Notes under the pieces: model-generated | Told to the model about the DNA's origin: nothing | What the model saw: only the letters and a program-made list of their open reading frames with translations | The model's database searches: none | Program-made: the position numbers and the translations under genes | IMG/VR virus record: IMGVR_UViG_3300044680_000280 | Location: 62,001 to 126,000 of that record | Direction: 5' to 3' (one strand) | DNA length: 64,000 nucleotides | Shown: piece after piece, positions 10,099 through 18,205 of the stretch | Numbering within the stretch: position 1 is the first letter of the stretch | Layout of the letters: each line of letters opens with the position of its first letter

Positions 10099-11904
10099 TT
10101 ATGCAACCTGACGCTTGATGCCTTGCCACGTGTGACCAAAGGCCGGGGTCTCCAAGTACAAAGACGTCGTAGTCGAAGTCGTTCCCGTGTAATTGGACGC
10201 CAAGGTCAACGAGGTGCCGCTTCCAATTGCTGAAATGGTGTACGGGACTCCGGGCTGAGAAGCAAAGGAGATGACTTGCCCAACGGTAAGTTGTAGAAAG
10301 CTCGACGTAGCAGTTGTAACTGTCGCGGACCCGTTCGTCACATTGACGTTAGTCAGGCTGTCAAATGCACTAGTCAGTAGGGCGACTCCGCTTCGGTTCT
10401 CAACGATGATGACTATGTGATCGGGAAGGGAACCACTGAAAGCGGACGCGACACTGAAGGGGGAGCTAAACTTGCTGACGTACCCTGTTAGGGTCGTACC
10501 GGTACTTGTTGCTCCAGTATAGGGAGAGGTCATCGTCAGAGTGGGATTGCCCGTCAAAGTCACTGACCCCGAGCCAGAGTTATTTGCATTAGTAGTTAGC
10601 GTTAGCGAAGTATTGCTGGTGATCGTCGCAATGACATATGTGCCCGTCGGAGGAGTGGTTCCACCTGAAAATGTAACTGCCTGGCCAGGAACGAACTGGG
10701 TCAAAAAGCTTGTGGAGGTTCCCGTAACGGTTGAAGAACCGCTCGTAGTGGCGACTGTACCACTACCCGTAACGCTGCTACCAATGGCCAAAACCATGTA
10801 TGGGACACCGGCTTGACTCGCGAGAGTTATGGTTTCACCCACAGCAGCAGTAAAGGCCGTCGCGCTAGAGAGGACGGAGTATCCGTTCGTAGCATAAACC
10901 GTTGTGCTTCCACCTGGAGCCGTGGCAGCGGACGTGCCGACGTTCATTGTACCTATGAGTCGGGCATTCGGAGGAGATGTCAAGGTCACAGGAGCGGAAA
11001 CCCCGGTTACCTCTTCACCGTAAGTCAATCCGCCGTCCGATGTGCCCGTCGCGTATACGTTAATGATCGACGGTGCGACAGGAGTTGTATTCGTGGTGGC
11101 TTTGACTTGGACGAAAATGTCCTCGAACTCATTGAGAAATGAGTACATAGACAGTGAGTTTGAAGTCGTGCCTGAGTAAGTGGTGGTCAGACTCAAGGAG
11201 TACGCACTTGCGATAGAAGCTATCGTGTAGGTAGTCCCCAGAGACCCTGCAAACTGTACAACCTGATTGACGTACAAGGTGGAGTTGAAATACGTTCCTC
11301 CGTTGGTGTACAAGGTGGCGCTCGACGACGTCGCACCACTGTAAAAACCCGTCAGAGTGAGAGTCGTATTGGTAATACTGGAGATCGTGTAATTCACCCC
11401 GGGTTGCGAGCTGAAACTGATCAATTGACCGATGCTCAACGGAAGGTAGGTGAAGCTGGCCCCAGACGTCCCCGTGCCCGTATAGTTCGTGGTTAGGGTC
11501 AAGGAGGTGTTGTTTGTGATCGACCCAATGACGTAGGTCCCCGTTGCCGTACCACCACCGAACGTGATCATCTGACCCACGGACAACTGAGTCAGGAAGC
11601 TCGTGCTAGACCCTGTCACGGTTGCAGAGGCGTTCGTGACAGTTACGGTCCCCGTTCCTGTGTATCCCGTAAGGCTCGTGGTGACGCTCGTCGAACCATT
11701 CGTCACCGTCACCGTGCCAGAAATGGAAGCCATCGAGACGGCCGTCGAACCATTCGTCACCGAGACAGATCCAGGAAGCAGAACTATCCCGTTCGCCGTG
11801 TTGTCGATGTACGAAGAGGCTGTCGCGGACGTTGAGCCCAGGTTCGCCAGAGCCATCGGCAAGGGCTGAGCCGGTGCCGCGTAATTGGACGAAACTATGC
11901 TCAT
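10099..11904 (-). CDS. Virion/fibre-associated protein (601 aa): small core inflated by six TNGS modules; paralog of 13015-15333
   Basis: Shares core segments with the 772-aa ORF (SATASSYIDNTAN, FEDIxVQ, DGGxTYGE, PPNARL, LPDHIV, ENRSG, HTWQG). Confidence 0.75.
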   Translation of the reverse strand: MSIVSSNYAAPAQPLPMALANLGSTSATASSYIDNTANGIVLLPGSVSVTNGSTAVSMASISGTVTVTNGSTSVTTSLTGYTGTGTVTVTNASATVTGSSTSFLTQLSVGQMITFGGGTATGTYVIGSITNNTSLTLTTNYTGTGTSGASFTYLPLSIGQLISFSSQPGVNYTISSITNTTLTLTGFYSGATSSSATLYTNGGTYFNSTLYVNQVVQFAGSLGTTYTIASIASAYSLSLTTTYSGTTSNSLSMYSFLNEFEDIFVQVKATTNTTPVAPSIINVYATGTSDGGLTYGEEVTGVSAPVTLTSPPNARLIGTMNVGTSAATAPGGSTTVYATNGYSVLSSATAFTAAVGETITLASQAGVPYMVLAIGSSVTGSGTVATTSGSSTVTGTSTSFLTQFVPGQAVTFSGGTTPPTGTYVIATITSNTSLTLTTNANNSGSGSVTLTGNPTLTMTSPYTGATSTGTTLTGYVSKFSSPFSVASAFSGSLPDHIVIIVENRSGVALLTSAFDSLTNVNVTNGSATVTTATSSFLQLTVGQVISFASQPGVPYTISAIGSGTSLTLASNYTGTTSTTTSLYLETPAFGHTWQGIKRQVA

Positions 11905-11947
11905 GGGGTGCCTAATCCCGTGAGCTAAAAGAAGAAAGTGGCCTCAG
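11905..11947 (-). promoter_or_regulatory. Duplicated leader/promoter segment upstream of the 601-aa gene
   Basis: CTGAGGCCACTTTCTTCTTTTAGCTCACGGGATTAGGCACCCC-ATG is nearly identical to the leader of the paralog at 15334-15375. Confidence 0.55.
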
Positions 11948-12000
11948 GAAAGAGTCCCCGCAAGACCAATTTCCAAGGGTTCCCCACAATTTTTGGGGAA

Positions 12001-12219
12001 CTAACCTTTGGCCGTTTCTTTGACTGGAACGATGGCTACCACTCGAAAGAGGTAGGGAGCCGCAAGCGGGGCGCCAGCAAGACCGGCCGCGAACTTCTCT
12101 GCGGCGGACGCGGTAAAGGGACCGTGGTGAATGTCCACGAGGCAGATAACCTTCTCCTCGGTTCCATCTTCACTCCGAACAGTGGCTTTTCCGTGTAGGT
12201 TCTCTTTTACATTGACCAT
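12001..12219 (-). CDS. Small hypothetical protein (72 aa)
   Basis: ORF track gives 12001-12234. The ATG at 12219 is preferred because GGAGG lies about 8 nt upstream. Confidence 0.6.
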   Translation of the reverse strand: MVNVKENLHGKATVRSEDGTEEKVICLVDIHHGPFTASAAEKFAAGLAGAPLAAPYLFRVVAIVPVKETAKG

Positions 12220-12266
12220 TTTGGTGTCCTCCATAGGAACAGGAATCCTAGCATAAATGGCTCACG

Positions 12267-13013
12267 TTATGCAGTGAATCCATAACGTGTGGTGACGTAG
12301 CTCTTCCAAGCGGAGCGCACTGTAGAGCCGACGGATCCGTTGTAAAAGGCCAACTCGTAAATCTTCCCACCAAATTGAATGGAGCCTGCCCCGTTACCCA
12401 CTACAATGCCGGTTCCGCCCGCAGGTACGTTACCACCGCCCCCAGAGGAGGCAGTGGTGCTGTTCGTGGTAGTGGAAACATATGAAAATGCAGAGGTGGT
12501 AGAAAAAAGGCAATCGATAAGGTACGAATTTCCAGTTGCGACCGTAACCTGATTTATGAAGCTAGTACTAGTTCTCTGACCAATCTCAGTGGCAGTTCCC
12601 ATACGAATAGCCGGGTACCCTGCGCCAGAATTGGTTAGGTCGATCAACCATGCCGTAGAATCCGAGGTAGTATACTGAACCACCATGAAAACTTCGTATG
12701 GATTGCCTAGGTTCAAAGTCTGACTTGACGAAAGGAAGTACCCCCCTATGGTCGAGAAGTCAATATACGGACAACCATTGAGACCTCCAGTAGTCTTGTA
12801 CCCGGGCCTATTTCCAGGCGTTGCTTGAGTCAATGTTTGACTGTTGGCCAAACCCAATTGGTCCACCCACTCAGAGACGTTATTGCTTGAGTCTGTAGTG
12901 ACGCCTAAGTCACTACGAAACCAAGAAACGCAAGTCGGACTGGTGGTGCCCGTGGCAATAACGGGAAATATGTTTATCGGTGCTGGAGCGCCTGCTCCCA
13001 ATGCGAAAGGCAT
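12267..13013 (-). CDS. LamG/ConA-like beta-sandwich virion protein (248 aa)
   Basis: WFRSDLGV...VSEWVDQ...LTQAT..NRP, FGGKIYELAFYN and YVTTRYG are typical of phage LamG-like fibre domains. Confidence 0.7.
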   Translation of the reverse strand: MPFALGAGAPAPINIFPVIATGTTSPTCVSWFRSDLGVTTDSSNNVSEWVDQLGLANSQTLTQATPGNRPGYKTTGGLNGCPYIDFSTIGGYFLSSSQTLNLGNPYEVFMVVQYTTSDSTAWLIDLTNSGAGYPAIRMGTATEIGQRTSTSFINQVTVATGNSYLIDCLFSTTSAFSYVSTTTNSTTASSGGGGNVPAGGTGIVVGNGAGSIQFGGKIYELAFYNGSVGSTVRSAWKSYVTTRYGFTA

Positions 13014-13014
13014 C

Positions 13015-15333
13015 TTAGGCCACCACCTTCTGCGTAACGTCGATAGACCAGTGGATCGTCGTCGACGCCAAACCCGTAACCGAGATTTGCAAGGTGTTCG
13101 TGCTGAGAGCGACCGAGGAGTTCATAGAGCTACCTGAACCGTTCGTGAGGATATTGTAGGCCGCGGGAGTCGAAGGGTTCAGAGTGGCGGCGGAGGACCC
13201 CGCTCGTTGAACCAGGAACTCGTAGTCGGCGCTATAGAGGTCTCCCGCTCCGCCCGTGTCTACCCCTAGAACGTTGACAATGAAGCGACTGGCGGAGCTT
13301 GCAGCCATCGCAATCGACACGGCCGTCGTGGACGTGGAGTTTGTGGTCGTCTGGGAGTAGATGATCGAGTTGACGGGATTTGTACCGCTAGAGTTCAGGA
13401 CCGTCTCGGTTGCCGTGATGGGAATCGAAGAGGCGCCGCTGATCGAATTGACCGTTCCAGTAACTGACCCGGGTCCCGTTGCCGTGACGTCTCCCGTAAT
13501 GGCCGTGATGGCCGAGGTGGAACTCGATTCCAATGGGTCGACGAATTGGCGTTTGGTGCCTTGCCATGTGTGCGTGAATGCCTCGATGTAAATAGAAGCA
13601 GTCGAAGCCCCGGCACCCGTATAGTTCGTGGTCAAAGTCAACGAGGTCCCACTAACCGAGGAAACGGTATAGGGAACTCCCAACTGGGAGCTGAACGAGA
13701 TCATTTGACCGGGGGTCAGGAAGGAGGCCAGAGTCGCGCTCGCCGTGACAAGGTTCGTTCCTGGAGTTAGAGCCGCGGTCGGGGTGATCGCCGTATTGAA
13801 AAGAGTCTGTCCGCTCCTGTTTTCGGCAATGAGGACAATATGGTCAGGGAGAGTTCCCCCATATGCCGCTGCAATGCTGAAAGGAAGACTGAATTTGTTG
13901 ACGTAAGCGGTAAGAGCTCCCGTGGTCGTAGTCGTACCCGTGAAGGGGGTGTTCAAAACGAACGTCGGTTGACCTGTCATGGTCGCTGAGCCCGTCCCAA
14001 CCCCAGTAGCCGTGTTGATAGTCAGAGAGGTATTACTGGCGATGGCCGTAATGACGTACGGCACGGTACCAGTCAGGTAGGTAGACTGGATGACTACCTG
14101 TCCAACAGAGAAGGTGGTCGTAAACGTCGTGCCAGACCCCGTCACCGTCGTGGTGCCGTTGAATGTTACCGTAGCCGAGGATTGAGTCGTGGCCGGTATC
14201 GCGATGATCGTGTACGGGACTCCCACCTGACCCGTGCTGAACGTCACCGTCATTCCAACTAGCAAGCTAGAAATGGTGGTAGACGTGCCAGAAACAATGG
14301 AGGAACCGTTCGTAGCGGTAAGAGTGGAACCACCAATGTTGGACGATGGAGCGGCCGTAGTACCTAGATTGATGATTCCAACGAGTCTAGCGTTTGGCGG
14401 GGCCGTCAAAGTAACTGGACCTGAAACCCCGTTAACCTGCTCACCGTACGTGGTACCGCCATCGGTCGACCCCGTGGCGTAAATGTTTAGGATAGCTGGA
14501 GCTGTTGGAGTGCTGGAAACCGTAACCCTAAACTGAACCAGAATGTCCTCGAACTGATTGAGCAACGAGTACATTTGGAGTCCGCCCGCTGTCATTGTCG
14601 CGTTTACCGACGTCGTGGATCCCGTGTAAACGGATCCAAGGGTGAGGGACGTAGAGCTTTGAATCGAAGAAATGTAGTACGTACCCGAAGCCGTCGGAGT
14701 ACCGCCACTGAACGTGACGTACTGACCCGCGTAGAAGCTTGTAAAACCGGTTCCCGTAACCGTAACGGACCCGTTCGTAAGGGCAACGGATGCCGTAGCC
14801 CCCGTCGAGTTCCCCGTGTAGTTGCTCGTCAGAGTCATGACATATGGGCTCGTGATCGAGGAGACCACGTACGACGTACCCAACGTGCCCGCGAACTGAA
14901 CCGACTGACTCTGGTACAGAGCCGAATTGAAGTACATACCCCCGTTCGTGTACAGGGTTGCGGTCGAGGATGTTGCGCCGCCGTAATTACCCAAGAGAAG
15001 CAACAGAGTGGTGCTAAAAACCTCAAGAATCGTGTAGCTCACACCAGGCTGGGAACTGAAACTAATGACCTGGCCCGCGCTTAAGGGCGTGAAGTTTGCC
15101 GTGCCCGCCGTAACGATCTGCGATCCCTGGGTCACCGTGACGGTTCCCGAGATTGACGCCATTGTGACGGTTGCGGAACCGTTCGTGAGGAGAACCGTTC
15201 CAGGGAACAATAAAGACCCGTTCGCCGTGTTGTCGATGTAGCTCGACGCCGTGGCCGAGGCACTGGTAAGGCCCGCCAGGGACATACCCAAAAGCTGATT
15301 GGGCGAGGAGTAGATAGGCGAAAGAGTGCTCAT
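13015..15333 (-). CDS. Virion/fibre-associated protein (772 aa): paralog of the 601-aa protein with six TNGS modules and a C-terminal domain shared with the 2178-aa fibre
   Basis: Core identity with 10099-11904. The last ~165 aa closely match the C-terminus of 18206-24742. Confidence 0.75.
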   Translation of the reverse strand: MSTLSPIYSSPNQLLGMSLAGLTSASATASSYIDNTANGSLLFPGTVLLTNGSATVTMASISGTVTVTQGSQIVTAGTANFTPLSAGQVISFSSQPGVSYTILEVFSTTLLLLLGNYGGATSSTATLYTNGGMYFNSALYQSQSVQFAGTLGTSYVVSSITSPYVMTLTSNYTGNSTGATASVALTNGSVTVTGTGFTSFYAGQYVTFSGGTPTASGTYYISSIQSSTSLTLGSVYTGSTTSVNATMTAGGLQMYSLLNQFEDILVQFRVTVSSTPTAPAILNIYATGSTDGGTTYGEQVNGVSGPVTLTAPPNARLVGIINLGTTAAPSSNIGGSTLTATNGSSIVSGTSTTISSLLVGMTVTFSTGQVGVPYTIIAIPATTQSSATVTFNGTTTVTGSGTTFTTTFSVGQVVIQSTYLTGTVPYVITAIASNTSLTINTATGVGTGSATMTGQPTFVLNTPFTGTTTTTGALTAYVNKFSLPFSIAAAYGGTLPDHIVLIAENRSGQTLFNTAITPTAALTPGTNLVTASATLASFLTPGQMISFSSQLGVPYTVSSVSGTSLTLTTNYTGAGASTASIYIEAFTHTWQGTKRQFVDPLESSSTSAITAITGDVTATGPGSVTGTVNSISGASSIPITATETVLNSSGTNPVNSIIYSQTTTNSTSTTAVSIAMAASSASRFIVNVLGVDTGGAGDLYSADYEFLVQRAGSSAATLNPSTPAAYNILTNGSGSSMNSSVALSTNTLQISVTGLASTTIHWSIDVTQKVVA

Positions 15334-15375
15334 GGGTGCCTACTCCCATGAGGTAAAAGAAGAAAGTTGGCTCAG
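15334..15375 (-). promoter_or_regulatory. Duplicated leader/promoter segment upstream of the 772-aa gene
   Basis: CTGAGCCAACTTTCTTCTTTTACCTCATGGGAGTAGGCACCC-ATG matches 11905-11947. Confidence 0.55.
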
Positions 15376-15461
15376 TGGAGGAGGTCCGTGTCCTCAGAAC
15401 TTGGGAGAGTAGGTTCGGGTTCCGCCAAGAGTAAGTTTCTCTACGGACAGTTGACGGTCAA

Positions 15462-15845
15462 CTATGCCTCAGTGACGGTCAATTGTCCTGCTGGGAATTT
15501 GATTTGGTCGTTCATATTGACAACGCGGGAAGTCGTCAACGAGCCGAAATAAAGCATGTTGCCAGTGTTTGGGTCATCGAGAATGGCGAAGGCGACAACA
15601 GTACCCCAAGACGACGTCGCAATGGGGTATGTGATGTCCAGAGTATTTGACACGGCACCCGCTACGGGAGCACTGAAGCTCGCGGCCTGTCTCGTGTAAC
15701 TGCCCCCGCTGACCTCCGTGCCAGTCGTTGTGGGAGTCGGAGAACCGGTGTACAGAGCCACGTATACGGTCGTCGGGGAGCTGTACGCGGTGTTTCGCAA
15801 TGCAGCGTTCAGCACGGCAGTTTCGAAGTACTGAGTCTTGGGCAT
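15462..15845 (-). CDS. Conserved small phage tail/fibre-associated protein (127 aa)
   Basis: Pattern VYVALYT..P....EVSGGSYxRQ...SN...xYP.AT..WGTV..FAI.D...GN.L.xG.L is a family common in phage tail regions (recognised by eye). Confidence 0.7.
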   Translation of the reverse strand: MPKTQYFETAVLNAALRNTAYSSPTTVYVALYTGSPTPTTTGTEVSGGSYTRQAASFSAPVAGAVSNTLDITYPIATSSWGTVVAFAILDDPNTGNMLYFGSLTTSRVVNMNDQIKFPAGQLTVTEA

Positions 15846-15924
15846 GGACTTGGCCTCTGTCTCGGCGTACCGAGCAATCGGAAGTTGCTATCCATTATGA
15901 GCGTACAAGAGAAAACCCAAAAAT

Positions 15925-16512
15925 TTAGGGAGCAGCGACGAAGACGCTGTACGACCCGGAACCTACGCCTAAGGTGAGCAAAACTACCTGATTGGCACTC
16001 GCGGTTCGAACTCCCAGAATGTTCACAACGGTTGGGCCAGAAATGCTGTAAACGGCGGGGTTAAGGAGCGGGGTGTCAATCATCATCTGCTTCGAAAAAG
16101 TCAAAAGAAAGCTCCCGTTGGCAGGAATGTACTCAACGTCCGTGACTTGGGGCCCGCCAGTGGCAGTTCGCCATTGAGCTGAAGCGTTGAAAGGGGTTCC
16201 ATCCGCATTCTGAAGACCCGAGACCGTCAAAAGGTACAGGCTCGAACTCGTGGGCTCGTAAATGTACAGGGTGACCCCTGTAACAACCCCTGGAACACTT
16301 TGAATTGGAACCGCCGAGAGAACCATGGAAGGGACGCCCCCTCCGATAGCCGTGACTTGGTAGTTACCAGGATCATTGACTCCGTAAAGAAGCAGGTTCT
16401 TCGAGAAAGTAACAGTGAGGATCGACCCGCCCGAAACCGTAATCGCGTTCGGAATTACCGCCGTAAATGTCGAACTAGCGATAATGGTAGAGCTTACGGA
16501 TTGGTTCGCCAT
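15925..16512 (-). CDS. Virion protein with two Ig-like domains (195 aa)
   Basis: Twice-repeated LTxxFSK...(D/N)PxxYxI/V motif; AGGA Shine-Dalgarno upstream. Confidence 0.6.
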   Translation of the reverse strand: MANQSVSSTIIASSTFTAVIPNAITVSGGSILTVTFSKNLLLYGVNDPGNYQVTAIGGGVPSMVLSAVPIQSVPGVVTGVTLYIYEPTSSSLYLLTVSGLQNADGTPFNASAQWRTATGGPQVTDVEYIPANGSFLLTFSKQMMIDTPLLNPAVYSISGPTVVNILGVRTASANQVVLLTLGVGSGSYSVFVAAP

Positions 16513-16545
16513 GAGTTCCTACAACACCGAAGAGACAAAAGATAA

Positions 16546-16574
16546 AACGGTCGTCCGTAATTCGGACGACCGTT
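16546..16574 (-). terminator. Probable intrinsic terminator after the 238-aa gene
   Basis: Perfect 12-bp stem AACGGTCGTCCG/CGGACGACCGTT with a 5-nt loop, followed on the minus strand by TTATCTTTT. Confidence 0.7.
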
Positions 16575-16597
16575 CTTTCAAGTGCTTGAAAAGACAC

Positions 16598-17314
16598 TCA
16601 AATGGTGATGGTGTATGTCACCGCTAAAGTATCATTGGTGTACAGCGTTCGCTGCGTGAACAGAATCTCGTTGTTCATCGCGCCGGCCGAAGAGGCATTG
16701 AAGAGCGCCGTGAGCTGAACCGCCTGCGAGGAACCGCCCGTATACGTGAACGTGTGGGAAATCGTCGCCGTCGTTGTGCCCGTCGTGTGGGCGTACGTGC
16801 CTTGGGTTCGTCCGAGGCCGTTCGTCGTAAGCTCACCGGAGAGAGTCGTATCACTGTAGGAGACCGCCGTGGCGGCCGTTGCGCCGTACGACGTGCCCGT
16901 GTAGTTCCCCGTCAAAACGATTGCCGTGCCCGAAACCGACAAGACCGTGTAAACGGTGTCGCTGGTGTCGGAGGTGAACAGGATGGTCGCTCCAGGGTAG
17001 AGGGAGCCAGTCTGAGACGTGGACGCCGTAACGTTGGCCGACCCGTTGGAAACGTTGAACGTACCGGACAACGAAGTGCCCGCCGAGTTCGACAGGGCGA
17101 TGTAGTTGAAGCCGTTGGTTGCCAGGCCCGTCGTTGCGTACCCCTGAATGAAGAGCTGGTCGATGCCGCCGCTCAACACGAGGTTGTGCGCGACTTCGTC
17201 GTCTTCTTCCTGGCGGTACATCCAAAGCCCTCGCGACTCATCGAAGTCGTAGGCTCGCTCGACATGGATCAAAGCCGAGGATCGAAAACGGGGGTGGGTT
17301 TCTTGAATCAGCAT
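16598..17314 (-). CDS. Tail/baseplate-associated protein (238 aa) with one inserted TNGS module
   Basis: HNLV..G.D, YIALSN...DTTLSGELTTNGLGR and ALFNASSAG...DTLAVTYTI resemble phage fibre-attachment proteins. Start moved to ATG 17314 because AGGAG lies upstream. Confidence 0.7.
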   Translation of the reverse strand: MLIQETHPRFRSSALIHVERAYDFDESRGLWMYRQEEDDEVAHNLVLSGGIDQLFIQGYATTGLATNGFNYIALSNSAGTSLSGTFNVSNGSANVTASTSQTGSLYPGATILFTSDTSDTVYTVLSVSGTAIVLTGNYTGTSYGATAATAVSYSDTTLSGELTTNGLGRTQGTYAHTTGTTTATISHTFTYTGGSSQAVQLTALFNASSAGAMNNEILFTQRTLYTNDTLAVTYTITI

Positions 17315-17365
17315 GGGCGATGCTCCTAGCCTTGGGGGGATAATCAAAGGTTATTGAACTGGAAC

Positions 17366-18202
17366 TCAAAAGTCTTTCGAGTGGTCCTCACTGACCACTG
17401 CTTTATTGACCTTGACCCCAAGACGATCCCTGTCACGTATACCCGCCCAATAAGAACGAAAATCCTCGTAGTAGTACGTGTGGAGATACCAGGACATGGC
17501 ATCGAGGATCTTGTTGATGTTCGTTCCGTTCGGAACGTAGGTGTCCTGGAAAATGTACCGAATCGTATAAAGGGTATGGGCGGGTCGAATGATGTCAAGG
17601 ATGAGCCGTATGGAAGAATCCACGTCAAAGACATCTGGCGGAAACCCCCCACCGGGAGGGGCGACGACGTCTATTCCGAATCCGAACTCATCCGATATGT
17701 CGTAACCGGAGGCTCCCTGACGAACGAGGAGGAAGTTCTCCGTAACCGTCACGGCGCCTGTATAGAAGAGGGCTACCGCATCCGAGATAGATTTGGGTAT
17801 TGACCCCTGAAAGTAGATTTGGAGCAACCCCAAAAGAAACGTTTGGAAGGAGTTGTCCGAGAACGTAATCGTTGGGATCTGCCCGTTTACGAGCAAAAGG
17901 TAACCGCAAATCGTATAGAGGAAGTCCGACCGTGTCGTCTGTTGATTGGGAAGGTTACCCCAGTTCAAGTCCCCGCTTACGTCCTCAAGAGCCAGCTCGA
18001 GGCGTGCGAGTTCCACGGCAACGGCTTTAAGCTCCAACGTGTAGTTTGGGCCTTCAATCGTGCTCGAGTAGTTACTGGGAAGAAGATCGAGGAGGGTTTT
18101 GAAGATTGCCTGAGACCGGTAAAAGAGCCTAAGGTTGTACTCTTTGCCCTTCTGAACGATGTTGTAGTTCAGGCGCGAAGGATCGAAGGAGAACCTAGCC
18201 AT
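17366..18202 (-). CDS. Baseplate wedge protein (P2 gpI/T4 gp7-like, 278 aa)
   Basis: LLDLLPSNY near the N-terminus and the IIRPAHT motif; lies downstream of the J-like gene. Confidence 0.6.
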   Translation of the reverse strand: MARFSFDPSRLNYNIVQKGKEYNLRLFYRSQAIFKTLLDLLPSNYSSTIEGPNYTLELKAVAVELARLELALEDVSGDLNWGNLPNQQTTRSDFLYTICGYLLLVNGQIPTITFSDNSFQTFLLGLLQIYFQGSIPKSISDAVALFYTGAVTVTENFLLVRQGASGYDISDEFGFGIDVVAPPGGGFPPDVFDVDSSIRLILDIIRPAHTLYTIRYIFQDTYVPNGTNINKILDAMSWYLHTYYYEDFRSYWAGIRDRDRLGVKVNKAVVSEDHSKDF

Positions 18203-18205
18203 ACC

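Noticed and set aside
11979-12001. GTTCCCCA/TGGGGAAC hairpin, and similar small palindromes near 15449-15463 and 59974-59989, as terminators
   Set aside because: No U-tract follows on the coding strand, or the loop is too short; function is unsupported.
16868-17077. TNGS module as an intein or self-splicing intron
   Set aside because: No Cys/Ser start with a His-Asn end, far too short, and conservation is at the protein level rather than in RNA structure.
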